Below, one piece after another: positions 39,538 through 51,278 of a stretch of DNA of 64,000 nucleotides (its first letter is position 1; each line of letters starts with the position of its first letter). The notes beneath the pieces are model-generated. The model made no database searches. It was given only the letters and a program-made list of their open reading frames with translations, and was not told the DNA's origin. A program made the translations under genes and the position numbers. This DNA comes from an uncultured delta proteobacterium (GTDB lineage: Bacteria; Desulfobacterota; Binatia; UBA9968), in assembly GCA_963728565.1 (NCBI GenBank), contig CAVSLC010000014.1:32001-96000 (forward strand). The letters run 5' to 3'.

Positions 39538-39938
39538 AAGATATTCCTTTATTGGTAATGGGGAGATCTATCCGAATCGCAATCAATCCTCCAGGTATGC
39601 GCGGGGGGGTCTCCTTTGGCTAAAGCCCCGGCCATGGTGAAACCTTCCACCACACGCACAACGTGAGGTGGTTTTGGACTGAAACATGAAACGAGACGCC
39701 GCGGCTGTCTATCCGGAAAATCCGTCCCTATCGCCACTTCCCCGGACCAAGGTCACGACGGATTTCGATAAAATACGCAATGTCGCCGAGGCTTGTTTGA
39801 AGCAGCGGGAACTCTACTGTATTTCCGTCAAAGTCTATTACAACGGTAGCCGGAATAGTCATGTACAAGAGTAGTGCATTATTTCCGCAATCCTGAGAAA
39901 AAGGTTTGCCACCTATTACATGCTTATCGGCGGGAGTC

Positions 39939-39958
39939 AATTTTGCCTAGGCAAAATT
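39939..39958. promoter_or_regulatory. Perfect 20-bp palindrome, MarR-like operator
   Basis: AATTTTGCCTAGGCAAAATT between divergent transcription units. Confidence 0.55.
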
Positions 39959-40142
39959 TGTACTTTTCAACACAAGGTCGGCCGATGGGGACCAAAGTTG
40001 CGTCTAGCTTAAGCGCAGAATTGACGTAAATCAGAAGTAGTGTTATGGGGATTGTCCACAGATAGTCCGAACCCGATCAAATCCAGCCTACAACAAACTG
40101 ATAAAGATCGCGGCTGTCGTTCACGATGGAGAAATCACGCGC

Positions 40143-40660
40143 ATGATGGATCAAGAGACGGTGCAAATTTTCATCGAGACCCTCAAGGAGGAGGGCATCG
40201 AAATGGTTGTAACATTGCCGGAGGATCCCAGCTATTCATTGACGGCAGCAATCCGCGCCGATCCCTATTTTACCGATATTTCCGTGGCCGGCGAAGGGCA
40301 CGGCATAGCGCTTTGCGCCGGTGCTTCGCTCGGCGGCAGGAAATGTGTTTTTATGACGGGAATCGCCGGTCTGCTCATGGGAGGATTTGCTTTGGCGCAA
40401 ATCAGCTCCCTTTACGCAATTCCGCTCTTGATTACGGTATCCTATCGAGGCGACGTTGGTGATCGCAGCGGCATTCCGTCGGGGACCCTCGCAATGTTCA
40501 ATAAGTTGGCCGAGCCGTTTTTGCAGGGTTTGCGAATTCCGTATCGCATCGTCGACGAGAAACGCCGCCTGAAAGCGGTATGATTCGCGATGCTCATTTT
40601 TCCTGCCGGCAGTACAGTTCACCGATTGTCTTGCTTTTAACGGGGGAGGTTCTGTGGTCA
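40143..40660 (+). CDS. Sulfopyruvate/phosphonopyruvate decarboxylase alpha-like (ThDP N-terminal domain); frameshift near the end
   Basis: LKEEGI..V..LP, EGHGIALCAGASLGG, IPLL..VSYRG..G, EP.L..L.IPY. Confidence 0.72.
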
Positions 40661-41262
40661 AACGGCTAGATTGTCTGAAACTTGTGGCCTCCTGGATGGA
40701 CGACCACATGCTGTCGGTAAGCAGCCTTTCAAACAACGCGCGAGAATGGCCTTCCGTTTGCGGGAATGGGCATCACTTTCATAATTTGAACATGGGCATG
40801 TGCCTGTCATTTGCGCTGGGCTTAAGTCTGGCTTTTCCGAAGAGAAAAGTTTTCGCCCTGGAATCTGACGGAAGCCTGCTAGTCGATACCAGCAGCCTGG
40901 TAACACTCGCCGATGTAAATCCGCCGAACTTAATTGCGCTCGTGTTCGACAATCAGGAATACGGCAAAATGGGGCCGACCGCCACGTCCAGAAAAGCCGA
41001 TTTGAAACTTATCGCTCAAGGCGCTGGCGTCAAGGATACCGCAACGGTCAGAACCATGGACGAATTCAACTCACGAGCGAAGGCCGCCGTTGACGGTTCC
41101 GGTTTGAAATTCTTCGTCGTTAAAGTCGAGCCTGGCAGAGCTCCGGTAGGTGATTATCTGCGTACGGACGGCCGCGCAATGAAAGAGTTGTTTCTGCAGA
41201 AGTTGCTAAGCCATCCCGATTATTGGGGGAAGGAGAAAATCGTCACGGTGAACCCTAAGTAA
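40654..41262 (+). CDS. Sulfopyruvate/phosphonopyruvate decarboxylase beta-like (ThDP C-terminal domain)
   Basis: MGMCLSFALGL, ALESDGSLL, PPNLI..VFDNQEY, DL..IA.GAG. Confidence 0.78.
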   Translation: MVKRLDCLKLVASWMDDHMLSVSSLSNNAREWPSVCGNGHHFHNLNMGMCLSFALGLSLAFPKRKVFALESDGSLLVDTSSLVTLADVNPPNLIALVFDNQEYGKMGPTATSRKADLKLIAQGAGVKDTATVRTMDEFNSRAKAAVDGSGLKFFVVKVEPGRAPVGDYLRTDGRAMKELFLQKLLSHPDYWGKEKIVTVNPK

Positions 41263-41362
41263 GCCGCAAGGTCCCAAATCAAAAATTGCTTGAGCTGTGG
41301 AATCAGCGAGTCAAACACGTTTGCTCCTGAATTCGCAAACCCATACTCGCATGGAGTGGAGA

Positions 41363-42557
41363 ATGGCCAGTCTTAACAAAAGCAGTCGCAATCGATCCGT
41401 TGTTACCCACAAGGATTTAGTGCATGTCGGCCCGGGAACTCTCGCCGGACGGTATCTGCGGCAATTTTGGCATCCGGTCGCAGTTTCCGCTGACTTGTTC
41501 CCCGGCGAAGCCAAGCCAGCGCGACTCCTCGGCGAAGATTTTACCCTTTATCGAGGTGAAGGCGGGGTAGCGCACGCCGTCGCTTTTCGGTGTGCGCACC
41601 GCGGAAGTTTGCTCTCTACCGGCTGGGTGGAAGATGACTGCATCCGCTGTATGTCTCACGGGTGGAAATACGACGCAGACGGACAGTGTGTGGAACAACC
41701 TGCTTCAGGATCCCCCCTTCGCAAAAAAGATTCGCCTTCGCAGCTATCCGGCGCGGGATTATCTGGGACGATCTTCGTCTATCTGGGAGAAGGAGCGATC
41801 GCGCCGTTTCCCAGATATCCGCATTACGAAGATCAGGGAGTCCTGGAAGTACTTCCGGTGCAGAACTGGCCGTGCAATTATCTGCAGGTCCTCGAAAACT
41901 TTCCCGATATTGTTCATGTGGCGTTTGTCCACCGAAATTCCTATCTCTTGCAAGATGAGCGAACCGGGATTCCGACATTTTTAACCGACGAGAGCGACTG
42001 GGGCTACACCACGCAGGCTTTTTTTCCGGCGGGGATGTATCACTGTTTTCAATTCGGTATGCCGAACATTACCGATTTTCGGCTACCCTCGATTGATCCG
42101 GAGATTCCCTATCAGGATCGCCTCCATTCGAGCGTCCCGCTAGACGACGAGAACGCGGCAATCTTTCGCCTGCGACTCTCACGAATTACAGGGGAAGCCG
42201 CCACGCGCTATTGTAACGAGCAGGGTGCGGCACCGGCTGTTCGCAATGGGCCGACAGTCGCGGAGCTCGGGGAAAAAATTATTGCGGGTAGGGCGAGGCT
42301 CAAGGACCTCGGCAAGCTCACGGATGATACTGTGGTCATCTCGAATGCCCAGGACTACGTCGCCCAAATCGGGCAGGGACGCATCGTCGATCGGAAATAC
42401 GAGCATCTCGGTCGGTCCGACCTAGGGGTCATCCTGTTGCGCAAAATCTTCGAGCGCAAAGCTCCGCGCGTTTGCCGAGGGGCGCGAACAGAAAAAATGG
42501 TTTCGCCCGGAGAGCCTGCCAGTCAAACTGGAAAACCGAAACCCGGCAGCGAGCTAG
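41363..42557 (+). CDS. Rieske non-heme iron oxygenase alpha subunit (phthalate dioxygenase/VanA-like); indels
   Basis: VGPGT.AGRYLRQFWHPV, CAHRG..C.HGW, EN..D.VH..FVH, QDYVAQ.GQG.I.DR..EHLG.SD.GV..LR. Confidence 0.88.
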
Positions 42558-42592
42558 CCACTGCCCTTGCTGCGACGCGCTCGTCGACGATA

Positions 42593-43658
42593 TCACTGTT
42601 CCAGCAAATGATAGTGCCGTCCTTTTGAGATCGGCGGTATTCCGCTGATGATTTTGATCCAGCGCTCGCCTTCGTCGTCGCTGCAGAAAATCCGCCGTCA
42701 GTTGTACCTGCCAAAAATGAGTACGATCCGTTCCAAAATTCCATCAACATCGCCTCGATGTTGCCGCGGAGATGATCGGCAGGCCGTTTTTCAGCTCGTG
42801 CCAGGTCCGGCCGGCGTCGAGGCTACGCAAAACTCCCGCATCGGCCGTCCCGTTCTTGCGCCATTGAAACGGCGAGGTCCGTGAACCGGCCATGAACATC
42901 AACTCTTGTTTCTCGGGATGGATGAATAAGGAATCAGGATAGCCGATCCTGTCCGATTTGGTTGTCAAATGCTCCCATGTCTTTCCGCCGTCCTTGCTGT
43001 GGTACAACCCGTCGCCGCCGGTGACATAAAACCAGTTCGGATCCGACGGGCGAATCAAGAGCCGATGCGTGTCCAGATGAAAGCCATGCAGTTCATCCCA
43101 TGTCCTGCCTTCGTCTTTGCTTTTCAATAGCGCACCCTGCTCGATACAGGCATAGATCGTTTTCTCGTCCTGAGGATCAAATACCACGTTCTTAAGGTGT
43201 GCCTGGTTGGGCGGAGCCGGAAAGTCCCAGCTGTCCACGCTGGAAACAGAACGCAAGGACGAAAACTCATGCCAGGTTGCTCCCAGATCGTCGCTCTCGA
43301 AGAGATGAGCCGGCTCGGTTCCTGCGTAAAGCTCAGTTTTCCCGCCGCGCTGCGCATAGTTCAAACAGAAGATATGTTTTTCGGTGATCCCATGATCGCT
43401 TACGCCCCAGGTTCTTCCGGCATCCTTGCTAACGTAAAGAGAGCCATTATGCACACCGGCGAAAATATAGTGTTTGGAAGGTTCGATAATCAGACAACTT
43501 ATATGATGATTCTCCAAACTTTTATTTGTGACATCCCAACGTCCCGCCCCGATCCTTTGGATTGTAATCACGCCGCGCGCTGTAGCGACGAGCACTTCAG
43601 AGGACGGAGCCTGTGAATTAAACGTATCAGGGCTATTTTGCGCTAAACAGATCGCCAT
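42593..43658 (-). CDS. BNR/Asp-box beta-propeller protein (WD40/YVTN/VPS10-like); frameshifts near the C-terminus
   Basis: Repeated S.D.G.TW Asp-boxes, YAGTEPAHLF.S.D.G.TW. Confidence 0.82.
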
Positions 43659-43857
43659 GAATGAATCTCCTCGGATTGATTAAGCGCAATATCCGCGATA
43701 TTTGAAGGCGTTGTCAAGCTACCGAAGCATTTCGGCTGTGGATCCTGCCGAAGATAAACCGTGCAGGTTGATGTAATACTCACAGCGCGCGGTTACCCGA
43801 GAACCTTTAAGGGCTGGCCTAGTCGCTCTGAGGCAGAATTCTGATGAGGTGTAAAAG

Positions 43858-44825
43858 ATGTTGCTTAAATTATTGATCGGAGTTTTCTTTTGCCTCGCCG
43901 GCAGCTCGGTTCGTGCTGAGGATTTGCGGATCGCCTATAGCGCGATCAATGGCGCTCAGGCGCCATTGTGGGTGGCCGTCGAAGAAAGTATTTTCAGCCG
44001 CCACGGCTTGAATGTGGAACTTATCTATATCGGCGGCGGCTCCGTGGTGGCGGGAAAGCCGCTGATCTCGCGCGATGTTCAGCTGGCGCGTGTTCGTCCA
44101 AACTCCGTAATTCAAGCATCGCTCAAAGGCGCTAATCTCAAGATGATCGCCAATACGGTGAACACGTTGGTCGGATCCTTGATGGCGAAGCCGGCCATCC
44201 GATCACCGAGAGGATTCTGGTCGGAAAGAAATCGGTGTCACCCGATTGTCGGGCAACACGGACTATGCACTTGAGTTCATTCTGCGGAAGTACAGTCTGC
44301 AACGCGGCAAAGATGTGGCTGTGCTTCTGACCAGGTGGTTTGCCGCAGCTACTCAGGGCCATCGACGCCGGAAGCGTGGACGCCGGGCTGTTGACGCCAC
44401 CGTCCAATTTGCAGGCTGTGAAGCTGGGCTTGCACGAAGTGGTCGATGTCAGCAGCCTGGAAATGCCGTATCCGAATTCCGTGGTTGCCGCCACCGGCAC
44501 TTATATTGCCGCTAATCGCAACGTTCTTTTGCGCTTTATGAGGGCCTATAGCGAAGGAATCGCGCGCGTGGCCAACGACCGGCCTGCAACCCTTAAGGCT
44601 TTTAGCAAATACACCAAGGAAAAAGATCAGGCCATCCTCGGGGCACTATACGAGCTTTATGGCGTCAAGCAGCTGGAAAAAATCCCTTATGTGAAGATCG
44701 ACGCCGTTGAAGAAGTCTTGCGTACGGAAGAAGTCAAGGGAAAGGTTGACCCCATGTCGTTTGTGGACAACACTCTCGTGGCGGAGCTCGAAAAGGAAGG
44801 TTTCTATCGAAAACTTTATCAATGA
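43858..44825 (+). CDS. NitT/TauT substrate-binding protein; frameshifted
   Basis: LRIAYSAING.QAPLWVA, HGLNVELIYI.GG, LQRGKDVA, FVDN.LVAELEKEGF. Confidence 0.8.
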
Positions 44826-44868
44826 GTTTTCATTGAATGTTTTATCGGAAGCAATTTTGGAGGTATCG

Positions 44869-46310
44869 ATGAGAACGGCGGTTGTTGATCTGCGAACGGC
44901 TTTGGAATCCTGTGAAAAGCAGCGCGAGCTCATTCGCATCCGCAAAGAGGTTTGAGCCCTACGTGAACTGCCTTCCATCATGAACGCTGATGGGAGACAA
45001 GATCGGCCGTGCGCTTTATTGTTCGAAAAAACGAAAAACTATCCTCATGCGCGGGCGGCGGCAAAATTTTTGGGCGGACCGCAACGCTTTGGAAGCTATT
45101 ACGGCTTGGCGACGGACTTCAAAACTTTAGAAATGCACTTTCTCAAAGCGCTGGAAAATCCCTTGGCGCCGCGCACGATTGCCGACAGCTTCGTCAAACA
45201 GAACATACGTCTGGGCGCGGTGGATGTTACGGAAATCATCCCACCGGTGCAAGGCGCCCTTAACGTCGGCTCGCTTTACTAGGAACCCGTGGTCGTGACG
45301 AAACATCCGAAGACCGGCGTGCGCAATACCGGCATTTACCGCGCGGCAGTCCAAAGTCCCGGCAAGCTCACCGTCAACGCGCGCACTGACCGGCACGGGG
45401 GTTTGCAGCTTACGGCTGCCAGAGGCTGAAACCTGACAGTTCCTGCGGCGCTCGTGATCGGCGTGGAGCCAGCCGTGTGGATCGCAGCCAACGCTAAGGT
45501 GCCGTATGGCTATGATGAGCTGAGCTATGCCGGCGCGATCAAGGGCAGCCCGGTAGATCTCATCAAATGCGAGACCGTCGATTTCGACGTTCCGGCGAAC
45601 GCCGAAATCATAATCGAGGGCGAGTTAGGGCCGCCGTTCGAATTGGGGGTGGAGGGTCCGTGGCCGGAATATCTCAGATATTCTCGGCATGCAGATCAAC
45701 CCTCCAATCATGGACGTGACTGCGGTAACTTTCAGAACCAATCCCATTAACTATGTCAGCATTCCCGCGAGCGGCAGAGGGGATGAGGCTTTGGGCTTGC
45801 CAAACCAGGCGCAGCTGCTTCGGCTATTGCGGGAGTTTGCCGCGGATTTCGTCGTGGATGCATTCTTGACACCGGTGACTCTGCTGCATCATGCCATCGT
45901 CAAGGTTAAAAAGAGCGAGCCTCATCACGAAGGCTTGCAAATCAATGTGGCGTTGACAGCTTTCAGCTTTTCACCGACACTCGACACCGTCACGCTCGTG
46001 GATGAAGACGTCAACATCCACAATCTGGGCGATATCAACTGGGCAATTTCGACGCGCTGCAATCCCGCCAAGCAGATCCATATTCTACCTGAAGGCCGCA
46101 CTACGCAGATCGTCCCGATTGCGGGAGTGAGAGAGCTCGATCACGAGCCGATCGTTAAAGCAAAAATGATCGTCGATGCGACTATCCCATGGAATTATAA
46201 AACGGCGGGAAATATCGCCCGGCATGACATTTTTTAGCAAAAGCACCTGGCAGGAGGTCGACTAGTCAGACTATATGAGTGAAACCGATCTTGCTCAGCT
46301 GAAGCGATAA
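44869..46310 (+). pseudogene. UbiD-family (prFMN-dependent) decarboxylase, broken by frameshifts and stops
   Basis: DLRTAL..EL.RIRKEV, RNTGIYR, IGVEP, ELSYAGAIKG.PV..KCETVD..VPANAEIIIEG, EGPWPEY, VDEDVNI..D.NWAISTR, KMIVDAT. Confidence 0.82.
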
Positions 46311-46321
46311 TGCGCCGCGGG

Positions 46322-47302
46322 CTAGCAAAGTATTGGTGCCGCGGTTTCCAGCCTCGTGCCTGAAGGGTTGCGTGGGCTTTCCTTAGGAACGAAAAATCAA
46401 ACAACCGCTCAACCGGCGGGCCGTCTTTGATGCCCGCCAATTTCATTATCAGAGCAATCATCTTCTTTTGAGCATCGTCGGAAAGATCGGCTCCAGCCGT
46501 CATCGTTGGTTTCGCGGACTCATACATCTTGGCGCCCAAAGCTTCGTCGACCGTTAACGTTGAGCAATGATGTGTCGGAGCGGCGGGGTTCTCACGCAAA
46601 AAACGAAATCCCATGAGCGAGGCTCGGATGAATCTCTCGACCATGTTCGGATCCGTCCGCAGCAGATCTTCCCGAACCAGAATAGCGCCGCCGGGTAGAA
46701 GAAAATTGAGATCGCCGAAAAATACCAGCTCTTTCAGTCCCATGTCCTTCGCTTTGAATGTGAGAGGAGCTATAAGGGTGGCTGCATCGATCGTTCCGGT
46801 TGCGAGTCCCGCCAGCCGTGTTTCGGCACTTCCCATGGACAATATCGTCACGTCACGTTCTAAGCCGTGATCGGCAGAATACGCAAAGACGAAGATCGTC
46901 GATGACACCGGTTCCAGAGACGGCGATCCTTTTTGCCGCGCAGTTTTTAATGCTCTGAATTTCTGCTCTGGCATAAATACCATGTTGCGGCTTGTCGAAG
47001 GGACAGAAGTGAGCTGACGAAGCATCGCGTAGCGCCAGCATTCAGGCCGACCATGGGTACATTCGAAAACTCCACATTACCGGCTAAAACTGCGAGGTTC
47101 GCAGTTGGTGCTCGCATGGAAATGAGCTCCGCATCGAGGCCTTCTTGAGTGTAGTAGCCCTTCATATGCGAGGTCAGAAATGGCGCCGAAGTAATCGTAT
47201 GGCCCGGCAACGCTATCCGGACCTTTCTATTTTGCGCGATGCCGGAGTCGTGCGACAAAACAACAAGCATAGAAGAATACAAAAAGAGAACGTTCTATGC
47301 AT
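46322..47302 (-). CDS. NitT/TauT substrate-binding protein; frameshifted
   Basis: KVRIALP, KGYYTQEGLDAELI.M, GLERDVTIL.MG, GTIDAATL, FDFSFL..A...L..GWKP; 3' end approximate. Confidence 0.75.
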
Positions 47303-47555
47303 TTATACCTCCCGCCCCACGAAACGGGATTGCTCTAAGAACAAGCATTTGAGGCGTGATTTTTTAGTTCGCTGCGCTTATAGCAGACCATAACCGGTGC
47401 GTCAATTTGATGCGCTTCCGTATCGCACGGCATCGACAGGGGACTTACGCGAAAACAAGACGTAAGCTTAGGCACGCGTAATACGGCGTGATTTTCCCCC
47501 TCGATTGATGTTTCTCTGCGCTTGATTTTCGATTAGGGAAGAGTGGAGGAGCATG

Positions 47556-48412
47556 ATGGCTCAGATATCACCGTCGGGATCTTTACGAGCAACATCGTCA
47601 TCGCTGTGGCGGAAGCGAAACATTGCTTCGCCCAAGAGAACCTTTCGGTCGATATCCGTGCGGTCACGGATTCCGCAACATTATTGCGCAGTTTTATCGG
47701 CGGCAAGTATGACATATTCTGGCGAATGCCGACAACGTCGTCAGTTGGTGTGAAGGGCAGGGCGGCGATCCGACACCCAACGATTTGGTTATTTTTCTAG
47801 GCGGCAGTCGGGGTGTGAACCAGAAACTGGTTGTAGCGCCGGCAATCGACAACTTGGAGCAGCTGCCAAACGCGTTTTGGCCGTCGATGCACCGACGACC
47901 GGTTACGCGATTGTTGGTATCTACGTCTTGAAAAAGCACGGTCTCGAGTTGAGCCGTGACTACAATCTTTGGTCCTTCGGCGATACCAAGGCGAGGGCGC
48001 GCCATACGGGAAGGAAGCCGCCGCTGCAATGATGGGAATGGCCGATGACAAGATTGAGAAACTGGGATTCGCATTGGCGTCCACGCCGAACGTTAGTCCG
48101 GTACTACGCCGCGCCCTTTGTACGACACGGAGAGAATGGGCGGAGGCGAACGATGACGTATTGGTGCGTCAGTGGGGCTATGATCCATGCGTCTGATTGG
48201 CTGCTGGATCAGGCAAATGAGAAGGAGGCGATGGACCTCTTGGCGACAACAATTCATCGAAACCAAGTCGGGCGCATTACACGGAAGCGCTCAGCGATGA
48301 GTTCGGGTCGTGCGTCGGTGTCAATCGACCTGGAGGGAAATCAGGGAGCCATGGCATTGCGCAATTCTATCGGGGTGGATGGATCTGCTCTCGGAGCCGC
48401 AAAAGTCTGTTG
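47556..48412 (+). pseudogene. NitT/TauT-like substrate-binding protein, heavily disrupted
   Basis: FAQENLSV....TDS, NADNVV.W.EGQG, IFLGGSRG, AVDAPTTGYA, LKKHGL...DY in shifting frames. Confidence 0.65.
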
Positions 48413-48676
48413 ACGAAGGTCCCACATGAAAGCTCTGGCGACATTGGAGCCGTAATCGCCTCGCTCGGTGTTGCCGCGGAATCGGCCATCGGTAGTCAGG
48501 GCTTGACGCAGAAACAAAGGAAAGGCTAAACGATGAACTGCCGATGACCAACGGAGAAAAACACTCAGATGCAGCCGGATTACACCATCTACATTGGTTT
48601 AGATCCGACACTCAAAATTGTTTTTTCCGCAAGTGCACGGTTTTTAGAATCGGAACGAAAAAATCGGAGTGAGACA

Positions 48677-49306
48677 ATGAAACTCTACGATCGCCACACG
48701 TCGCCGAACTGTCCAAAGAACCGCGTTGTGCTCTACGAGAAAAACCTTTCTTACGAGACGATTCCCGTCGACCTGGTAAAGAAGGAACAGAAGAAGCCGG
48801 AATCCTCAAGATGAACCCCTACGGCAAGGTTCCGGTTCTCGTCGACGGCGACACCATTCTCTACGAGTCGTGCATCATCAACGAGTACCTAAAAGAGAAA
48901 TATACAGCCCACCCACTTTTGCCAAAAGATCCAGGGCAGCGAGCGAAGATCAGATCGCCATCGATTACGGCGTTAACGGGACTTACAGCTCCTACGAGAA
49001 GCTGCGCAATGAGATGTTAAAGCCCGATAGCGAAAGGGAGGCGACGGTGATTGCCGAGTCGAGGGCGGAGCTAAGAAAATTACTGCAGAGATTCGAAGAC
49101 GATCTCAAGGACAAAGCTTACTTGGCGGGAGAATCGCTCTTGGATGCGGCGGTCATCCCCCGTTTTCTTCGCCTTGCCCACGGGGAGCAATCAGCGCTTC
49201 CGAACTGCCTCGGCTGAGCGGCTGGCTAGATCGAATGAAAAGCCGATCATCGATTCAGAAAATTGCTTCAGGAATTCCGACAAGTGCACAGCCGGAGCGG
49301 GTGTGA
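48677..49306 (+). CDS. Glutathione S-transferase family protein; frameshifted
   Basis: MKLYD..SPNC..RVVL.EK, MNPYGKVPVLVDG...LYESCIINEYL, LLPKDP..RA. Confidence 0.82.
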
Positions 49307-49739
49307 CATGGGACCAGCAACGCTATGCTCGCAACATCGTCTAGGCAAGAACAAAGGCCTGTTACAGTTCTCAATGGCTGTGCTTACTAAAGCAGCGCGA
49401 CTTCACCATTGTCTAAATCACGACCGGCCACCTCGCTCTGTGCTACCTACTTACGCGCGAACCGGTTGATGACCATCATTTCGGCATGTTGATAAGCGCT
49501 CGACATGCTGGGCGCCACCATACACGAGAAGCGGTTTCATAACGTGAACTGGAACCTGCAGAGGCCCGGATTGAGAGATCGTAGGATCAAGCCCATTACC
49601 CAGAGATACGTTATCTTTCGTTCTCTTCTGCATGCCACGAGGATCCCATATCCTTATGTCATTCCAGCATTTTGCAGCTTCAGCCCGGGCAAGTAGTGCC
49701 TGCGCCTCATCGGAGGATGGCCAGTTTCTCTCCACCTTC

Positions 49740-49820
49740 TTTTTAGCATCGCCTCATCCACCCTCGCATAGCGCGACGAGTTTCGGTCGTATCGCGGTTG
49801 CTCACCAAGAAGTTCTTGCG
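49740..49820 (-). pseudogene. Possible remnant of a tyrosine recombinase C-terminus
   Basis: QELLG / SNRDTTE / RYARVDEAMLK in adjacent frames resembles the box II pattern QELLGHSxxxTTxRYAxV; about 250 bp from the tRNA att site. Confidence 0.35.
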
Positions 49821-50051
49821 GCCGCTGGCACGACTTAGATGGGCGAGTGCTCGTCGCCACTTCTTTGACAGAGAACTGGAGAAAATCGATTCGGCATTTG
49901 TGAGCTGCCGGAAGCGATCCTAGGTGCAGGTCGAATGCTCATCGAGGAATGAACCCGTACTCCACGGGTGTCAGCGAGCGACACACGTCCGCTTGTAAAC
50001 GCTTATCAATCCGCTGTCGGAGGAATGATAACCAATTGATTCTAAGTAATT

Positions 50052-50126
<75 letters not shown>

Positions 50127-50305
50127 TCAAGTCAGGGTGGATGTGCAGTTAAAATATGGCTTTAGCCTGAGCTTGTCAATGAGAGTGAGCCGGGTGACGG
50201 GAGCAATTTGGACATCGCAGTGCCAGCGGGATCGATCGATCATCGTTCCTGATCTTGCGCATGGCTGCAAACGTGTTTTATGTTGGCGCAAAAACCGGAG
50301 GATGA

Positions 50306-51250
50306 ATGAAATACCGAATTCTTGGTAGAACAGGCTTACGAGTGAGCGCTGTTGGTCTGGGCACGATGGTTCATGCCGGACATTTCGGGCCCATGGATGA
50401 CCGTGAATCCCTGAGCGCTATTGAAACGGCCATGGACTTGGGTGTGAACTTTATTGATACCTCCGATGCCTATGGCGCAGGCTATTCAGAAACATTGCTC
50501 GGACAAGCACTGCGCGGTAAACGCGATAAAATCGTTTTGGCGACCAAGGGCGGTAACGTGATGGTCGGTCCCGACCGCGGCAAGCGAAATTTCACCCCTG
50601 ATTATATCGATCGGGTCATGGACGAAAGCTTAAAGCGGCTCCAAACCGACTATGTGGATCTGTATCAACTGCACAATCCCACTGTCGATGTGATCGAGCG
50701 CGGCGACGTGTGGGAGGTGCTCGAGCGGGCCAAGAAAGCCGGCAAGATTCGCCATTATGGGGTCTCCATCAATACTATCGAGGAAGGTATCGTGGCAGTG
50801 AACGACGGCCGTTCGGATACGGTACAACTGGAGTATAATCTTCTCGCGCAAGAGCCGGCGGAAAAAATATTTCCTCTGGCACAAGCAGCCAATGTAGGCA
50901 TTATCGCGCGCGTGCCGTTGCGTCGCGGAATTTTGACCGGGAAACTAACCGCGGCCGACGATGGCAGATTTCAGGGTGAAGATGTGCGGGCGCGCAGCTT
51001 CAAGGGCGAGCCCTTTCGCCGGGAGCTCGAAAAAGCGGAGCAACTCCGATTTCTAGCAGAACGGAACATACAAACCTTCGCTCAGGCTGCGATCGCTTTT
51101 TGTTTGGCTCATCCTGCGGTCAGCACCACGATACCGGGCGCTCGCAACGCCCGGCAGATGCGTGAAAATGCCGCAGGAGCGGATGTGATAATCCCTCCCG
51201 AGCATTTACAAAGGATCGACGAGTTATGGCGCGGCAGTTTCAGTTCCTGA
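50306..51250 (+). CDS. Aldo/keto reductase
   Basis: LGRTGLRVS.VGLG, FIDTSDAYG, LATKG, SLKRLQTDYVDLYQLH, IPGA. Confidence 0.93.
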   Translation: MKYRILGRTGLRVSAVGLGTMVHAGHFGPMDDRESLSAIETAMDLGVNFIDTSDAYGAGYSETLLGQALRGKRDKIVLATKGGNVMVGPDRGKRNFTPDYIDRVMDESLKRLQTDYVDLYQLHNPTVDVIERGDVWEVLERAKKAGKIRHYGVSINTIEEGIVAVNDGRSDTVQLEYNLLAQEPAEKIFPLAQAANVGIIARVPLRRGILTGKLTAADDGRFQGEDVRARSFKGEPFRRELEKAEQLRFLAERNIQTFAQAAIAFCLAHPAVSTTIPGARNARQMRENAAGADVIIPPEHLQRIDELWRGSFSS

Positions 51251-51278
51251 CGGCTGATTCGTTCCGGTCGGAGGATTC

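Noticed and set aside
39550-39870. Amidohydrolase_2 C-terminal remnant (LGPGK..IGTDFP on the minus strand)
   Set aside because: Only one short motif across a frameshift; too weak to list as a feature.
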